This document shows positions 13,000 to 25,790 of a stretch of DNA of 64,000 nt, one piece after another (positions within the stretch are counted from its first letter, which is position 1; every line of letters starts with the position of its first letter). This DNA is from Eledone cirrhosa (taxonomy: Eukaryota). A model generated the notes under the pieces. It was not told the origin of the DNA. It worked only from the letters and a program-made list of their open reading frames with translations, and searched no databases. Location of the stretch: contig OZ024742.1 of assembly GCA_964016885.1 (NCBI GenBank), positions 23,808,001 to 23,872,000 on the forward strand, given 5' to 3'. Both the position numbers and the translations under genes were made by a program.

Positions 13000-13070
<71 letters not shown>

Positions 13071-13260
13071 TCTTCCCCATTCTCCCATATTCCTTCTAAT
13101 CATCTCTTTTCTTATGCGTGTCATACTTTCTCACACTCTCTCTCTCTCTCTCTCTCTTACACACGCACACACACACACACACACACACATTATTTCCCAT
13201 TCTCCCATATTCCTTCTAATCATCTCTTTTCTTATGTGTGTCATTCTTTCTCTCACACAA
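12780..13260. repeat. Compound minisatellite, 4 units of 120-170 bp with (CT)n(CA)n
   Basis: TTCCCATTCT..CATATTCCTTCTAATCATCT recurs at ~12780, 12901, 13074 and 13194. Confidence 0.9.
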
Positions 13261-13624
13261 TGTCTTTCTCTCTCTCTCTCTATCTCACTCCCTCCCTCAA
13301 CGCCCTCTCTCTCAGCCTCTCTGTACAAGTACATTTCTTCTAGCAATTCTGCCATTGTCTCTCTTGGTTCTATTTTCTATCTTCAGCAATATAATCAGAC
13401 TTTTCAACCATCAATAACAGCAGTTGTTTTCATAAAATTCTGATTAGCATCCCTGACCTATGATTTAAAAATCTCCCCATCTATCCACATCTGTTCTGTC
13501 ACACACACACACACTCATACACACCCACACACACACATATATATATATAAATAAAAGATGTAGAACAATATATATATATATATATATCGTTCTACATCTC
13601 TCTCTCTCTCTCACTCTCTTTAAA

Positions 13625-13732
<108 letters not shown>

Positions 13733-14331
13733 TTTCAGCCAATTACTATTAATCTCCAAACTGTCAAATTAATCCTAAAACTAACGAAGGAGATATTACC
13801 AACGAAACGATAGAAAATTATGATTGATTAATTAAATTTTAACTGATTATTTATAACATTACAGGCATGTGTAGAATTGTCCCTGAGAAATTAACTGGTA
13901 GCAGTCTTGGTCCCCTACTTCCTGATAGATTTCGTAGGGGCACCGTAGAGGCATAACGGTGTTTCTTGGGCATTTTAAGTATGGTGGAGGCCATCCTTTC
14001 CAAGCCTGAGTACAGAAGATTTCTTCCAGAGAAAGATGGAAAGAGTGAAAGAGAGAAGGGAGAAAGAAATATAGAGGAAAAATCGACCTCAGTACTAGAC
14101 TGGTTCTTTCTTTATCGACCGCGAAATGATACAAGGCAAAGTTGACTTCAGTAGGATTTACACTCAAAGACCAGAGAGTCAGGACGATTCCCACAAAGAA
14201 CTCTATCAGACATTCTAGCAACTCTGGTAATGTGCCGCCTTACAACTGGCAGTAAGATTGTTTGAAATGTTTTGTCACGTAATAGTGAAAGAGGAGCGTG
14301 TCCAAGTGGTAAGGGTGTTGAGCTTTCGATC

Positions 14332-14408
<77 letters not shown>

Positions 14409-14454
14409 CTCTCTCTCTCTCGCTCTCTCTTTCTCGGTCTTTCTTTCGGTCTCG

Positions 14455-14511
<57 letters not shown>

Positions 14512-14619
14512 CGTGAAACAGTGACTGTGTTCTGTTATTAATTCTGGCAATATTATTACACAAATATGACCCTCCACAAGTATAACAATATATATATATA
14601 TATATATATATTAATTATG

Positions 14620-15108
14620 TTACTCTTGATTTGGCCAGAGGTACTTATTTCCAGGTACCTTATAAACATGACTTTCTGTATTTGTTACTGTTGTGAGATA
14701 TGGCGGTTTTTTGGTTGTCACTTCTCTGCTTTTAGCCTAGGAAAATATATATATGCATGTGTAAATAATTACATGCATACATTTATTTTTTTAAATTAAT
14801 TGAGTTCTTAACACGTGGAATAGATAATAGTTTTGAATAACTAATTAACCCGCGTGTATTAAATATTTTACTCTTAATTTGGCCAGAGATTTACATTCCC
14901 AATTGCCTTTAAAGCGTAACCTTCAGTATTTGCTGCGGTGATGTGATGTGGTTTGTTATTTTGGTATCACCTCTGTTTTTAGCCTAAGAAAATATCTATA
15001 TGCGTGTGTAATTAATACACGCATACATTTATTTTTTTAATTTCAATTGAGTTCTTAACACGTTGGATTGATAATGTTTTTGAAAAAACTAATTAACCCG
15101 AGTGTATA
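14620..15108. repeat. Diverged tandem duplication, 2 x ~245 bp
   Basis: TTACTCTT(G/A)ATTTGGCCAGAG...CTAATTAACCCG(C/A)GTGTAT occurs twice. Confidence 0.85.
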
Positions 15109-15598
15109 TTATTTTTTTCTTTTCTCGCGTCGTGGTTGTCTCCCTTTCCCGCTTCGTGACGCTATGAAACTTCCTCAGTCAAAAGACTGCTGGAATTTAA
15201 AATTTGGCGGTCATTCGATGCGTGAAGGAGCAGCTTAGCGGACAAGATTTTTAACTGCGGTAAGAATTCTTTCTTATTTCAAAGTTTAATGGGCTTCCAC
15301 TGAAGATTTATAAGTACCCACCTAAATATATTCTTACATGAATATATGTGAGGCTTCTACATAAACTGGAAACATTCTCCCAACTTGTAGAAAACTTATA
15401 ATGAAACAATTGTTTGGAAAGAGAGGTATATTTTAACTTTAATTATATCTCATAAAATAATACAACTGGGTTTCCACAAAATACATATAGTTAGCACCCC
15501 AAACACTTAAATTGGGTTATACTAACATATAACCTAATGTTTGTTGAGTGAGATGGTTACCAGTCGGAGTTTAGCGTTAAGCTATCTCTGTTATTGTA

Positions 15599-15696
<98 letters not shown>

Positions 15697-15900
15697 CATA
15701 TGTATATATGTATTTAACATACGGTATATTACCAAATATAGTATACATACATTCATGTACACATCACTGTTTCAAAGCCCCAATCCTAATACCTAATTTT
15801 TGCTGGACCGGCAATCGCTCTGTATAATCAGCTCCTGATTATTACTGGAATTCTATAAGAATCCAGCGTCTATAATTTTCGGCGGAAGCAGGGAGTTCGT

Positions 15901-15942
15901 GGCTCTGATGAACGCCAACCAGCGTGAAACAGACTGTAAGCT
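15901..15942 (+). ncRNA. Minimal type I hammerhead ribozyme
   Basis: GGCT-CTGATGA-ACGC(CAACCA)GCGT-GAAAC-AGACT-GTA-AGCT. All core nucleotides present; GUA cleavage triplet; near-palindromic stem III ACAG-A-CTGT. Confidence 0.8.
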
Positions 15943-16033
15943 TCTCACCCTTCTTTCACCGAAAAGAAGTGACATAGTCACTACTTTAAAACTAATAGCA
16001 TATTTCAGAGCACCAATCCTAATATATATATAC

Positions 16034-16065
<32 letters not shown>

Positions 16066-16074
16066 TTGTCTGTA

Positions 16075-16600
16075 AAAACTAAACAGAAATAACAAAGCCA
16101 ACAACACAATACATTGAACAAATATATTAGTTTAATGCTTGAAATAGCAGGAAAAGAGTCTTAATCTTTATGACAATAGTTCTTCATCAGAAGATATAGT
16201 TTAAAATAATATATAGAATTGAAAGTTAGAGAGTGAGGAGTGGAGGGAGGAACAATGGTGGAATGAGAAGGGTTTCTACTACTTGAGAGTCTTTCTGGGA
16301 AAGGTAACGGCCATATTCATGAAAAATTGGTTTTCGATTGCATTTCAATAATATTACAAATAATACGAAATAGATATTGCGAGAGGGAGATAATAAATGC
16401 CACAAATAAAAATATATAAAGAGGAATTATGGATAAGTTGAATGATCATGGTAAAATCCAGATTCGAAATCGCATTGCAAGCAAGTAATTTCTTTGAATG
16501 GCGAGAGGTATGTGGTACGTAATTTACAACACATTTTCTACTGCGTAGGCTTAGAATAACTCTGATGAAATTTTCGTCTAAATTAATCAAATTCCATGAA
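16075..16600 (-). mobile_element. Decayed Penelope-like element 3' end
   Basis: 16075-16195 is homologous to 31940-32060 (TAAACAGAAATAACA...ATATATTAG..T.A.GCTTGA.ATAGCAGGAA.AG.GTCTTAA), includes a CTGATGA remnant on the minus strand and abuts (TG)n. The extent beyond ~16200 is uncertain. Confidence 0.45.
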
Positions 16601-17265
16601 CCTATACTAATTAAAATCTAAACATATGACATGGTTTGTGATTTCAAAAATATTTCTACAAAGTTTTTCAAACTCACGTTGCTTAGACATTAACCTCAGT
16701 CACAGCAGCTCACATCGCTGTCGCTTACATCCATGAAAATAACGTGCTTGCTGATATCAATTTAGTGATTGATGTAAGTAGAGTAATTCTCTAGGGAACA
16801 ACATGGTTTAGAGATAAAAGACAGAGGTATGTTAAATTAATTACTGAAGAACACTCGCATATATTTAGTTTCATGCGTGTATCCTTCTTATCTTCCTAAA
16901 CTAATGATATATAACTTAATATGTGTATTTCACAGAGTTACATATCTGCAGAACAATATATATATATATCTGTATATATGTATGTATGAATGTGTAACAA
17001 TGTGCGTAAGTATAGAAAAACATATATATATATATGTATGTATGTGTACTACATACATACACATATATACACATATAAGTGTGTGTGTGTATGTATTTAC
17101 AACATATATCATACTTATTTTCTAAATTAATCATATATTTATATATTTTTACAGCAAAATACATCTAACGTATTCTATATGGATGTGAACAATCGTATAC
17201 ATATGTGTTTAGAGACTGTTTGGATGTGTCTATGTTTGTGTTTCATATATATATACATATATACA

Positions 17266-17341
<76 letters not shown>

Positions 17342-17599
17342 CATGCATGTATGTGTGTACGTCTGTATGTGTGTGTGTGTATATGTGTGTGTGTTTATAT
17401 ACATACGCATATACAGTACAGATACATATTTACAAGTATCCGTATGTCTACATAATATACACATATTTATATATAAATTGAAAACCTGTATACTGTATCT
17501 AAACGCTAATGACTATAATAATCTTCGATCACCATAATTAATATTTGCGAAAGCGGGGAGATTAACCCTGGAGACGGAAAAATGTGTACAAAAGTACCC

Positions 17600-17669
<70 letters not shown>

Positions 17670-17761
17670 AATATATATATATATGTATATATATGTATGT
17701 GGATATGTATATATATATGTTTATATATATGTATATATGTATATATATATATATGTTTATA

Positions 17762-17807
<46 letters not shown>

Positions 17808-17934
17808 AAAGTTTTATTTAAAATTGTTGGGTTACAACGAGTAAATATTTTATAACTGATATAAAGCACTCAACAAGTTTTGGAGTAGATATACGATATT
17901 AAACAAATGGAAACTATATTTATAAAACCATATC

Positions 17935-18000
17935 TATTTCATTATACATATTTCAGGGATACCATATTAAAAATATGGCATGCCTTCTTCAGATAAAATA
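17935..18000 (-). ncRNA. Mirror-image type I hammerhead ribozyme
   Basis: Reverse complement of 18151-18216. Confidence 0.8.
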
Positions 18001-18150
18001 CAATATATAAGCAGTTTTATAAATAAATTTGACGTACCATAAAATATTGATCAACTTCCATTTAAAAACTACCAAACCAACTTTTTTAAATGGAAGTTGA
18101 TCAATATTTTATGGTACGTCAAATTTATTTATAAAACTGCTTATATATTG

Positions 18151-18216
18151 TATTTTATCTGAAGAAGGCATGCCATATTTTTAATATGGTATCCCTGAAA
18201 TATGTATAATGAAATA
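18151..18216 (+). ncRNA. Type I hammerhead ribozyme, intact core
   Basis: TATTTTAT-CTGAAGA-AGGcATGCCATATT(TTT)AATATGGTATcCCT-GAAA-TATGT-ATA-ATGAAATA. AUA triplet; predicted cut after 18208. Confidence 0.8.
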
Positions 18217-18256
18217 GATATGGTTTTATAAATATAGTTTCCATTTGTTTAATATC

Positions 18257-18296
<40 letters not shown>

Positions 18297-18320
18297 ATAT
18301 ATAAGTGTATATATATATAT

Positions 18321-18927
18321 GTCAGGTCACCAGTTGGTGCTACTGGTAACATGTATCCCCGTGCAACCTGTCTCATGGTCGGGTCGTTGGCGACTAAACT
18401 GGCAACCCCACCAAGGTTTCTTGGTGAGGAGGGTGACTTTGGACATCCTGCAGGACTAAAAACAAAACCTGTCAAAGGGCAAAGGAGCTCTTAAGAGTCA
18501 ATGGCCATCCAAAATCACCGGGAGAGATGACCCCTTAGCCTTTGTCAAGGCAGAATTCTAGGAGAAGGAAAACTCTGATATAACACCTGCAACTCTGATG
18601 GTATCCAATGATGTTGACTTGTTCTTCTTTTTGGTAATTATCATTTTGGTTAAGAGAGTGGGACTGGCTTTGTGCAGTGCCTTTGCTCACTATAAAAGCT
18701 TCACGGAACAGCCATTGCTTTATATCTGGAGATCTCTCTGCACTTGTCGTCACATGGTACCATGGGCCCACACTATGTGTCAATAATTGTCACAAGTGTA
18801 GTGTTTGTACCAGAGTTTTCAAGTCGCTGGCTGGACTAAAAAGTCACACTCGTTCAGCGCATCGGTAGGAGTTCTCCTACATGGATATAAGGTAGTGGCC
18901 GTACTCGAAAACGAGTTGGCAGCCACC

Positions 18928-18930
<3 letters not shown>
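18321..18930 (+). mobile_element. Short internally deleted RTE-clade element between (TA)n arrays
   Basis: RTE-like 5' motif CTAGGAGAAGGAAAACTCTGA; C-terminal C2H2 finger CSVCTRVFKSLAGLKSHTRSAH*; short 3' UTR with CTCGAAAACGAG hairpin, also seen at 43978-44132. Confidence 0.6.
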
Positions 18931-19005
<75 letters not shown>

Positions 19006-19104
19006 ACATATATAAGTGTGTGTGAGGAAGGTGTATTTTATGTTATGTATACATGTTAGTATGTAGTTGTGTATATAAATGTGCATGTATATATGAATGT
19101 ATGT

Positions 19105-22100
19105 CTCTTTCTCTTAATTTCGAGTATATTTTTGACCGGCCACCCTCCTGGTGGCAAGGTTGTAAAAGAAAAGAAATTGTCATCCCTTGAATCGCAAGAA
19201 TGTTTTGCAAATTTTGAAGGATCCAGCTATCGCAACCATTTGCAGACTATGAATTTGGGAGCTGCGCTTTTTGTCCGCAAATCCAAGTTCAGTCATACTT
19301 TGGTTCAAGCGGGTTGGTATATAACCCGTAGCTCCAATAATGATGGGTATGAAGCTAAAGGTGTATCTTGGATACTGGATTTGTAAACTCCTCATCAATG
19401 GTCCGTAGATGTCCTCCTTCTCCTGTATTTTTCTGACAACGTTTACATCAAGTGGGCAGCTGATCTCCACAACAGAACACGTTTTCAATGTGTGGTCCCA
19501 AACAACAATATCAGGCCGGTTGTGCTTTAATGTGGTGGCAGTTTTTATTTGCAGGTTCCACCAGTATTCCTTAGTGCCATCTGTCTCAATATATTCTTCC
19601 GCGTTTGTTAATTTTGTTTTCCGAAGTGCGTTCCAGACGGTTCTAGCTATCCCATCGTGTCTCATGGGGAGGTAGTAGCGAGATGACATTCTTTCGCAGC
19701 TGGCAACAATGTGGCTTACATCCTCGATCTTTGTTTTACATAGCCTACATTTATTGTCAGCTGCTGGCCCTCCCCTTTTGTGCCAGCAGATATTTGGTAG
19801 GGAGTTCTTGTTCCTGTATTGCATATAGATATCCCTCAAGGTGTGATGTCATAAACTTGTCGGAACTCCATGCCAGGCTTTTTGAGTGGTTTATCCCCTC
19901 TATGGTCTGTGTTTTACGTCACAAGTATCCATGTAGAACTTTTTCTGCAAATTGGTCAATTTTTTCATCTTGTTTGAACATTGAATAGGATCTTCCCATT
20001 TCTCTGGGTGAGAGATTTATATCAGGCTTTATTCCATATCTCTCCTCCAGATCAGTCGCTATACTATTGATTTTTGTTTCATGCCCATAAACCTGGGCAA
20101 GATGGTTGCCAACCTTTTTCCTCTGTTGAAGGTGTTGCTTCAGTGTTACTATCCGGGTCTCATATGTTGTTAATATTGATTTTATACCCCGGCCACCTTC
20201 CTTGCGTGAGAAGTATAGCCTATCCACATCATCATTGAGGTTAAAGTTCCCAGTAACACTGAGAAGTTTGCAAGTTCTAACATCCATCTCACTTAGTTCT
20301 TGCAATGACCAATTCAGCAGACCAAATGTTGGCGTTAGAATTGGCACAGCATAATTATTGTGGGCAATGTATTTGTTGTACGCTGACAGTTCTGATGACC
20401 ACATTTTCTTTACTCTTCTGAGGTATTCAGTTCTGGTTCTCTCCTTATTTATGGGTCCATCATATCTGACATTCTCATCCTGTCCAAGATATCTGTAGTT
20501 GTCACCTGACTGTAGAGGTTGTATTGTCAGGCCGTTCATCTCTAGATTTCTAGAGGAGGGCACAGCTCTTCCACGTTTTACTGCCAAATATGCACACTTG
20601 GACTCACTAAATTTCATTTTGATGTCTGTTGAAAATTGTGTAATAAGGTCCAATTGGTTCTTGATGTCATTGATATTTGGCCCATACAACTTTAAGTCAT
20701 CAACAAAGAAAAGATGGGAGATACTTCTGAACCCACTTCTTTGTCCACCTTGTTTCCTGAGTAGGTAGGATAGTGGATTTATTGAGAGAACGAAGAGTAG
20801 CACTGACAAGTTATCACCCTGAAAGATGCCCTTCTGGTAATGTATCTTATCAGTCTTAACTTGCTCCTTCTCACCTCTAAGGATCAAATTCGTGTACCAG
20901 TTCTTGGTCAGGCGTTCAACAGCTGCTACCAATGGTTGTGGGACTTTGGCTAACTGTAAAGCCTTAATAATCTACCCATGAAGTACACTATCAAATGCTT
21001 TTTGATAGTCCAGCTACACCACAGTCATGTTTCTGCGATTCTTTGTTGTTTTTTCCTGAATCATTTTATTAGTTAATAGGTGATCTATGCAACCCCACAA
21101 CTCCCTCTTTCCACCAGCTTGTTCAGGTGTTATGATGTTGGTAGCACAGTTATGCTGTAAGAACAGGTTAAGGCACCAAGTATATAATTTATACATGATG
21201 TTTTGGCAGGCTATTGGGCGGTAATTTTTAGCAAGGGTGGTTTGGCTATTTTGGGGAATGAGGAGAGTAGTGGCAGTTGATAATCATCTGGGCAGTTCTT
21301 GTGTGCCTTTAATGGTTTCTGTAAACAGCCGTATGAGATCTTGCCGATAGAAAGTGAAATTCTTCAACCAGTATCCTGTAATGAGGTCTGGGTCTGGTGA
21401 TTTCCTATTCGACATTTTCTGTAGAGCTGTTTCCAGTATTGACTCATCTATGTCATATTGTTTTGTCTGGACATGTTGGCAGTAGTCCTGTTCCAGTTCT
21501 TTTAGCCAATTAGTTTGTCTGTTGAATCAATCATCCGTTTCCCATAAAGATCTCCAGTAGCTCTCAACCTGTTCTTTTGAAGGGGTGTCATTTACAGGGA
21601 TTGAGCTTTTGCCACCGAAGCTGCGATAGACTGATTTAGGATCTCTGGCAAACAATGTATTTAGCACTTGTCGTTTATGTGCTGTTGACTTATATTTTAG
21701 TCTTTCTGTTGTAGCTGTGAGTTGTTGTTTCAACTGGTGTAATTTGGAGTTGAAATTTTTAAATTTTGTATCTCCAAATCGTCTCTCTAACTTTTTTTGG
21801 GGGGGGTCTTCCTGGTGTCGTGTGAAGTTGCTCTCTATGTTGCATTTCATAACGACTGAGATGTGTGTGATACTTCGTCTCAGGGACAAAATTTTGTTTT
21901 TTAAATTTCGCATCCATGCTGGTTCAGACTTTTTGTTTGTATCTTGATTGCGTGGTTTTAGATGTGTGTTATATGATAGCAATGTGACAGCTGCAACATA
22001 TAACAAAATATTAAGCGTTTCAAATGTTGTTTCTACACCTTTAGATCGTATAGCCTTCAGATAATTGCCAGATATTTCGTTCACCGCTTCCAATTCCAAT

Positions 22101-23322
22101 TTAGTGGGTTCTTTACTGATTCTGGTGTTGTATGGTCTGTCACTCACATTAAGGCTGTGTATCTCTTGAAACATATCGTCCCATATGACTTGTAAGGTGT
22201 CCACAAGATTTTGGTGTTCTGTTTGTACAGTAGAGTCATGAATTTCAGCCTCGTTGTTGATGTGGTGACAATTACTACTAGAGTTAGCTGACCTTTCTCG
22301 CTGTTCTTCAGTGAAAGTGGGATGGATTTCAGCAAAATTGTTGGTGAGCTGTTCACTGTTAGATTTAGCTGGCCATTCTCTTTGTCTGTCAGTGGAGGTG
22401 GTGTGGTTGTCTACAAGGGCTGTATTTGTAGTATCACTCAATTTCGTTAGATGTATCAATTTACATCTAATGATACGTTCTGCCTGTTCATTTAAATGCT
22501 TTAGAGAAAACTCTAATTCTGGGTGTTTGGAATTCCATAAAGTGTTTAGCCTTTGCATAAAACCGAACTTTTGGGGTTCAGATTGTTTGTATGCTTCATG
22601 TAATTCTTTGTTAAGCTCGTAGCTCCACTGTATACAACGGTTGTAGTTGCGATTTGGTCGCAGGAGACTTGTACTTTTTGCCATGATGAGTTCGTCTATT
22701 CACTAATATTTCGTATTTATTTTTCAAAATAGTCGATGATCTTCTTTAAAAGTTTCGACAACGTTCTGTCAGAATCAAATTTAAAGTTGTTCACAGCTTG
22801 GGTAATATTTCTTTTCAGTTAGTTTTTAATTCTACAACTGCGTTTTAAACGTTGTTCTTGAATCGTTTGAATCGAGAACAAAAAGAACCGTTACTTAGTA
22901 TATTTCTTTATGAATGTAATATAATATAATATAACAACACTGTATTTATATGTTAAAGTTTATGTATCATTCATATAAATAGGTGTTCTACAACTTATTC
23001 ACAACATATTCACAGTTCAAACACCTATGTTTTTGTTTCTGAATCGAAAACGTGTCTTGTATATTTCTTTATAAATGTAATAAAACAACGTTGCATTTAT
23101 ATGTTAAAGTGTATGTATCGTTCATATATCATAAGTGTATGTATCGTTCATATAAATAGGTGTTTTACAACACACTTACAGTTCAAACAGTTATGTAGAA
23201 TTATTGTATGTAATCTTACCGCGTAATGTAGGTCAACCTTTTCCAATATATGGTATGTTGCCTTCATGTAAGCCGTAATTACACACGTCCGATTATCGGA
23301 CACTGACCACAACGGTCGCCAT
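19105..23322 (-). mobile_element. Second R4/Dong-clade RLE retrotransposon family, full length but decayed
   Basis: ORF pieces 22684-21527, 21196-21014, 20932-19919 and 19839-19180 with GIFQGDNLS, LFFVDDLKLY, GGRG, CRLCKTKIEDVSHIVASC, RHD and RPDIVVWD...VEISCP. Flanked by (TGTA)n at 23323 and TGTATGT at ~19100. The 5' UTR has a ~140-bp tandem repeat (22898-23197). Confidence 0.9.
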
Positions 23323-23439
23323 TGTATGTATGTATGTAAGTGTGTATGTATGTATGTATGGTACTAATAACCCCTTGAAATATATAAGGTGTCTATGATA
23401 CAGTGGTTGTTCTATGACATTAATTTGACATACCAGAAC

Positions 23440-23920
23440 TATAACATTGAGATAAGCGGAGCAAGCAAGATTCAAACAATTTTTTAAAATAAATTAAAAA
23501 ATATAATTTAAATCTTTACCTATTCCATTTGCTTTTACCGACGGTTTCACTTCATAAAAGATTGGAGATCCCGAGGGACTTCCAATGGAAATGTTCAGAT
23601 CATCAGAGGTCGTCTATGTTTACTTCCGCTTCTACCAAGAGCTGGTTCACGCATTGGTCAAATTTTCGGCCCCATTCGATCCTGTGCTAGCTGGCAGGTG
23701 GCAATATATTTTGCCGTTCCTGGGACTTTTGTCCTAGGTAAGGAAAATGCTCTCTGATGATCTGAACATTTTCATTGGAAGTCTCTAGGGATCTCCAATC
23801 TTTTGTGAAGTGAAACCGTCGGTAAAAACAATTGGAATAGGTAAATATTTAAATTATAATTTTTAATTTATTTTAAAAAATTGTTTGAATCTTGCTTGCT
23901 CCGCTTATCTCAATGTTATA
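23440..23920. repeat. Inverted repeat, ~169-bp arms and ~143-bp spacer, ending in (TA)n; each arm has a hammerhead-like core
   Basis: Arms 23440-23608 and 23752-23920. Plus-strand arm: TGCTCT-CTGATGA...GAAAC-CGTCG-GTA-AAAACA (AAAGCA in the other arm). Confidence 0.9.
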
Positions 23921-23940
23921 TATAAATATATATATATATG

Positions 23941-24002
<62 letters not shown>

Positions 24003-24005
24003 TAT

Positions 24006-24215
24006 GTGTAGCTGAGTGGTTAGAGAATTTGATTCACAATCTTGAGGTTGTGAGTTCGATTCCTGGACCTGGCGATGCGTTATGTCCTTGAGCAAGACAC
24101 TTTATTTCACGTTGCTCCTTCTACCTGGAGTTGCGACCGATAGATAGTATTAGCAACTGGAAAGACGAACGGAAACATTGTTTCCTCGGTCCGATTTGAC
24201 GAAAGTTGATCGATC
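24006..24215 (+). mobile_element. tRNA-derived CORE-like SINE (family B)
   Basis: A-box TAGCTGAGTGG, B-box GAGTTCGATTCC, then GTCCTTGAGCAAGACACTTTATTTCACGTTGCTCC. Confidence 0.8.
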
Positions 24216-24436
24216 CTTTTATATATATATATATATATATATATAAATGTGTACATACAGACACGAGCCGTTCCTGCACTTTTTTTCTGTCTCACTCGTT
24301 GTGTGTGTCGGAGGAGATACCTCCATACTGTAAGATTGTGAGACGGAAAGAAAATAAGCGATATGAAAGCAAATATATAAACCAGAGGTCAAATACGTTT
24401 ATGTAGAAAGATAAAGGCCATTAAAAAAGGTGATAA

Positions 24437-24488
<52 letters not shown>

Positions 24489-24491
<3 letters not shown>

Positions 24492-25790
24492 GAATTTCAA
24501 GAGGAGACATACTGGTCTTGCATGGGATGGATAGGCTACAAAAAGGCATTTGACATGGTGCCTCATTCTTGGATCACCAAAAGCCTAGAGATCTTCAAGG
24601 TGGCAGATAACATCAGACAGTTGTTGGGCAAAAGTATGAAGTCCTGGGAAACAGAGTTAACATCAGCTGGAGAATCCTTGGGAGGCATGAAGATCAAGAG
24701 AGGTATCTTCCAGGGAGAGAGTCTGTCCCCTCTGTTGTTTGTCCTTGTCCTGATTCCCCTGACCATTATACTGCGAAAAGTGAGAGCAGGATACAAGTTG
24801 GGAAAGGGACAGATTACCATCAATCACCTCCTCTTCATGGACGATATTAAGCTCTTCGGGAAGAGTGAGAAGGAGTTGGATGTACTTGTTGACACTGTCC
24901 GTATTTTCAGCAATGATATATGTATGCAATTTGGTATTAGTAAGTGTGGAGTCCTTGTGATGAAGAGGGGTAAATTGAGCAGAAGCAACGGAATCCAGGT
25001 ACCAACAGGTGAGATGATAAAGGAAATTGACACTGAAGAAGGATACAAGTATTTGGCTGTTCTGGAAGCTGATGACATCAAGGACAAAAAAATGAAGGAA
25101 TTGATAAGAACTGAATACATTCGGAGAGTAAGGAGCGTATTAAAGTCACATCTGAACAGTAGGAATGCCATAAGTGCAGTAAATTCCCGAGCTGTGTCTA
25201 TTATTAGGTACAGTGCGGGAATTCTGAGATGGAATGTTTCTGAACAAAAAGAAATGGATAGGAAGACTAGGAAGCTATTGACTATCTACAACATGTTCCA
25301 CAAGAGGAGTGATGTCGATAGACTCTACTTAAGGAGATCTGAAGGTGGAAGAGGTCTTATCAGCATAGAGGACTGTGTTCAGGTGGAGAAAAACAACCTA
25401 CACAAATACGTGACTGATAGTAAGGAGCCAATGCTCAGATCTGTACTGAAGGAGAGAACAATATACTAGGGGATGCCCAAGGAGGAAATAACAACAAGGA
25501 GAAAGAGCAGCCTTCAAGAAAAATCCCTTCATAGTACCTTCTTTGAGAAAACTGAATTCAGAGATCCACAGACATGGAACTGGTTGAAAAGAGGGGACCT
25601 TAAAAAGGCTACAGAAGGAATGTTAATGGCTGCGCAAGAGCAAGCCCTCAAAACGAAGTGGTTGAAACACCATATTTACAAGGAGGAGGTTTGCCCACCT
25701 TGCAGGATCTGTGGAGAGAGAGAGGAGACTGTGACTCACATTGTATCCGAGTGTAAACACCTAGCCCAGACTCACTATAAGGGCTGGAGA
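24489..25790 (+). mobile_element. 5'- and 3'-truncated copy of the Dong family, starting right after (TAA)n (24438-24488)
   Basis: Translation is nearly identical to the 6797-10189 protein from MGWI..KKAFD to HYKGWR, with a TAG stop at 25467. Confidence 0.95.

Larger units (their letters stand above)
17889..18262. repeat. Fold-back palindrome, ~180-bp arms and 14-bp loop, ending in (TA)n
   Basis: Arms 17889-18068 and 18083-18262 read as exact reverse complements by eye. Confidence 0.97.

Noticed and set aside
24006-24075. tRNA gene
   Set aside because: The A/B boxes run into a SINE body and there is no proper acceptor stem; it is a SINE head.
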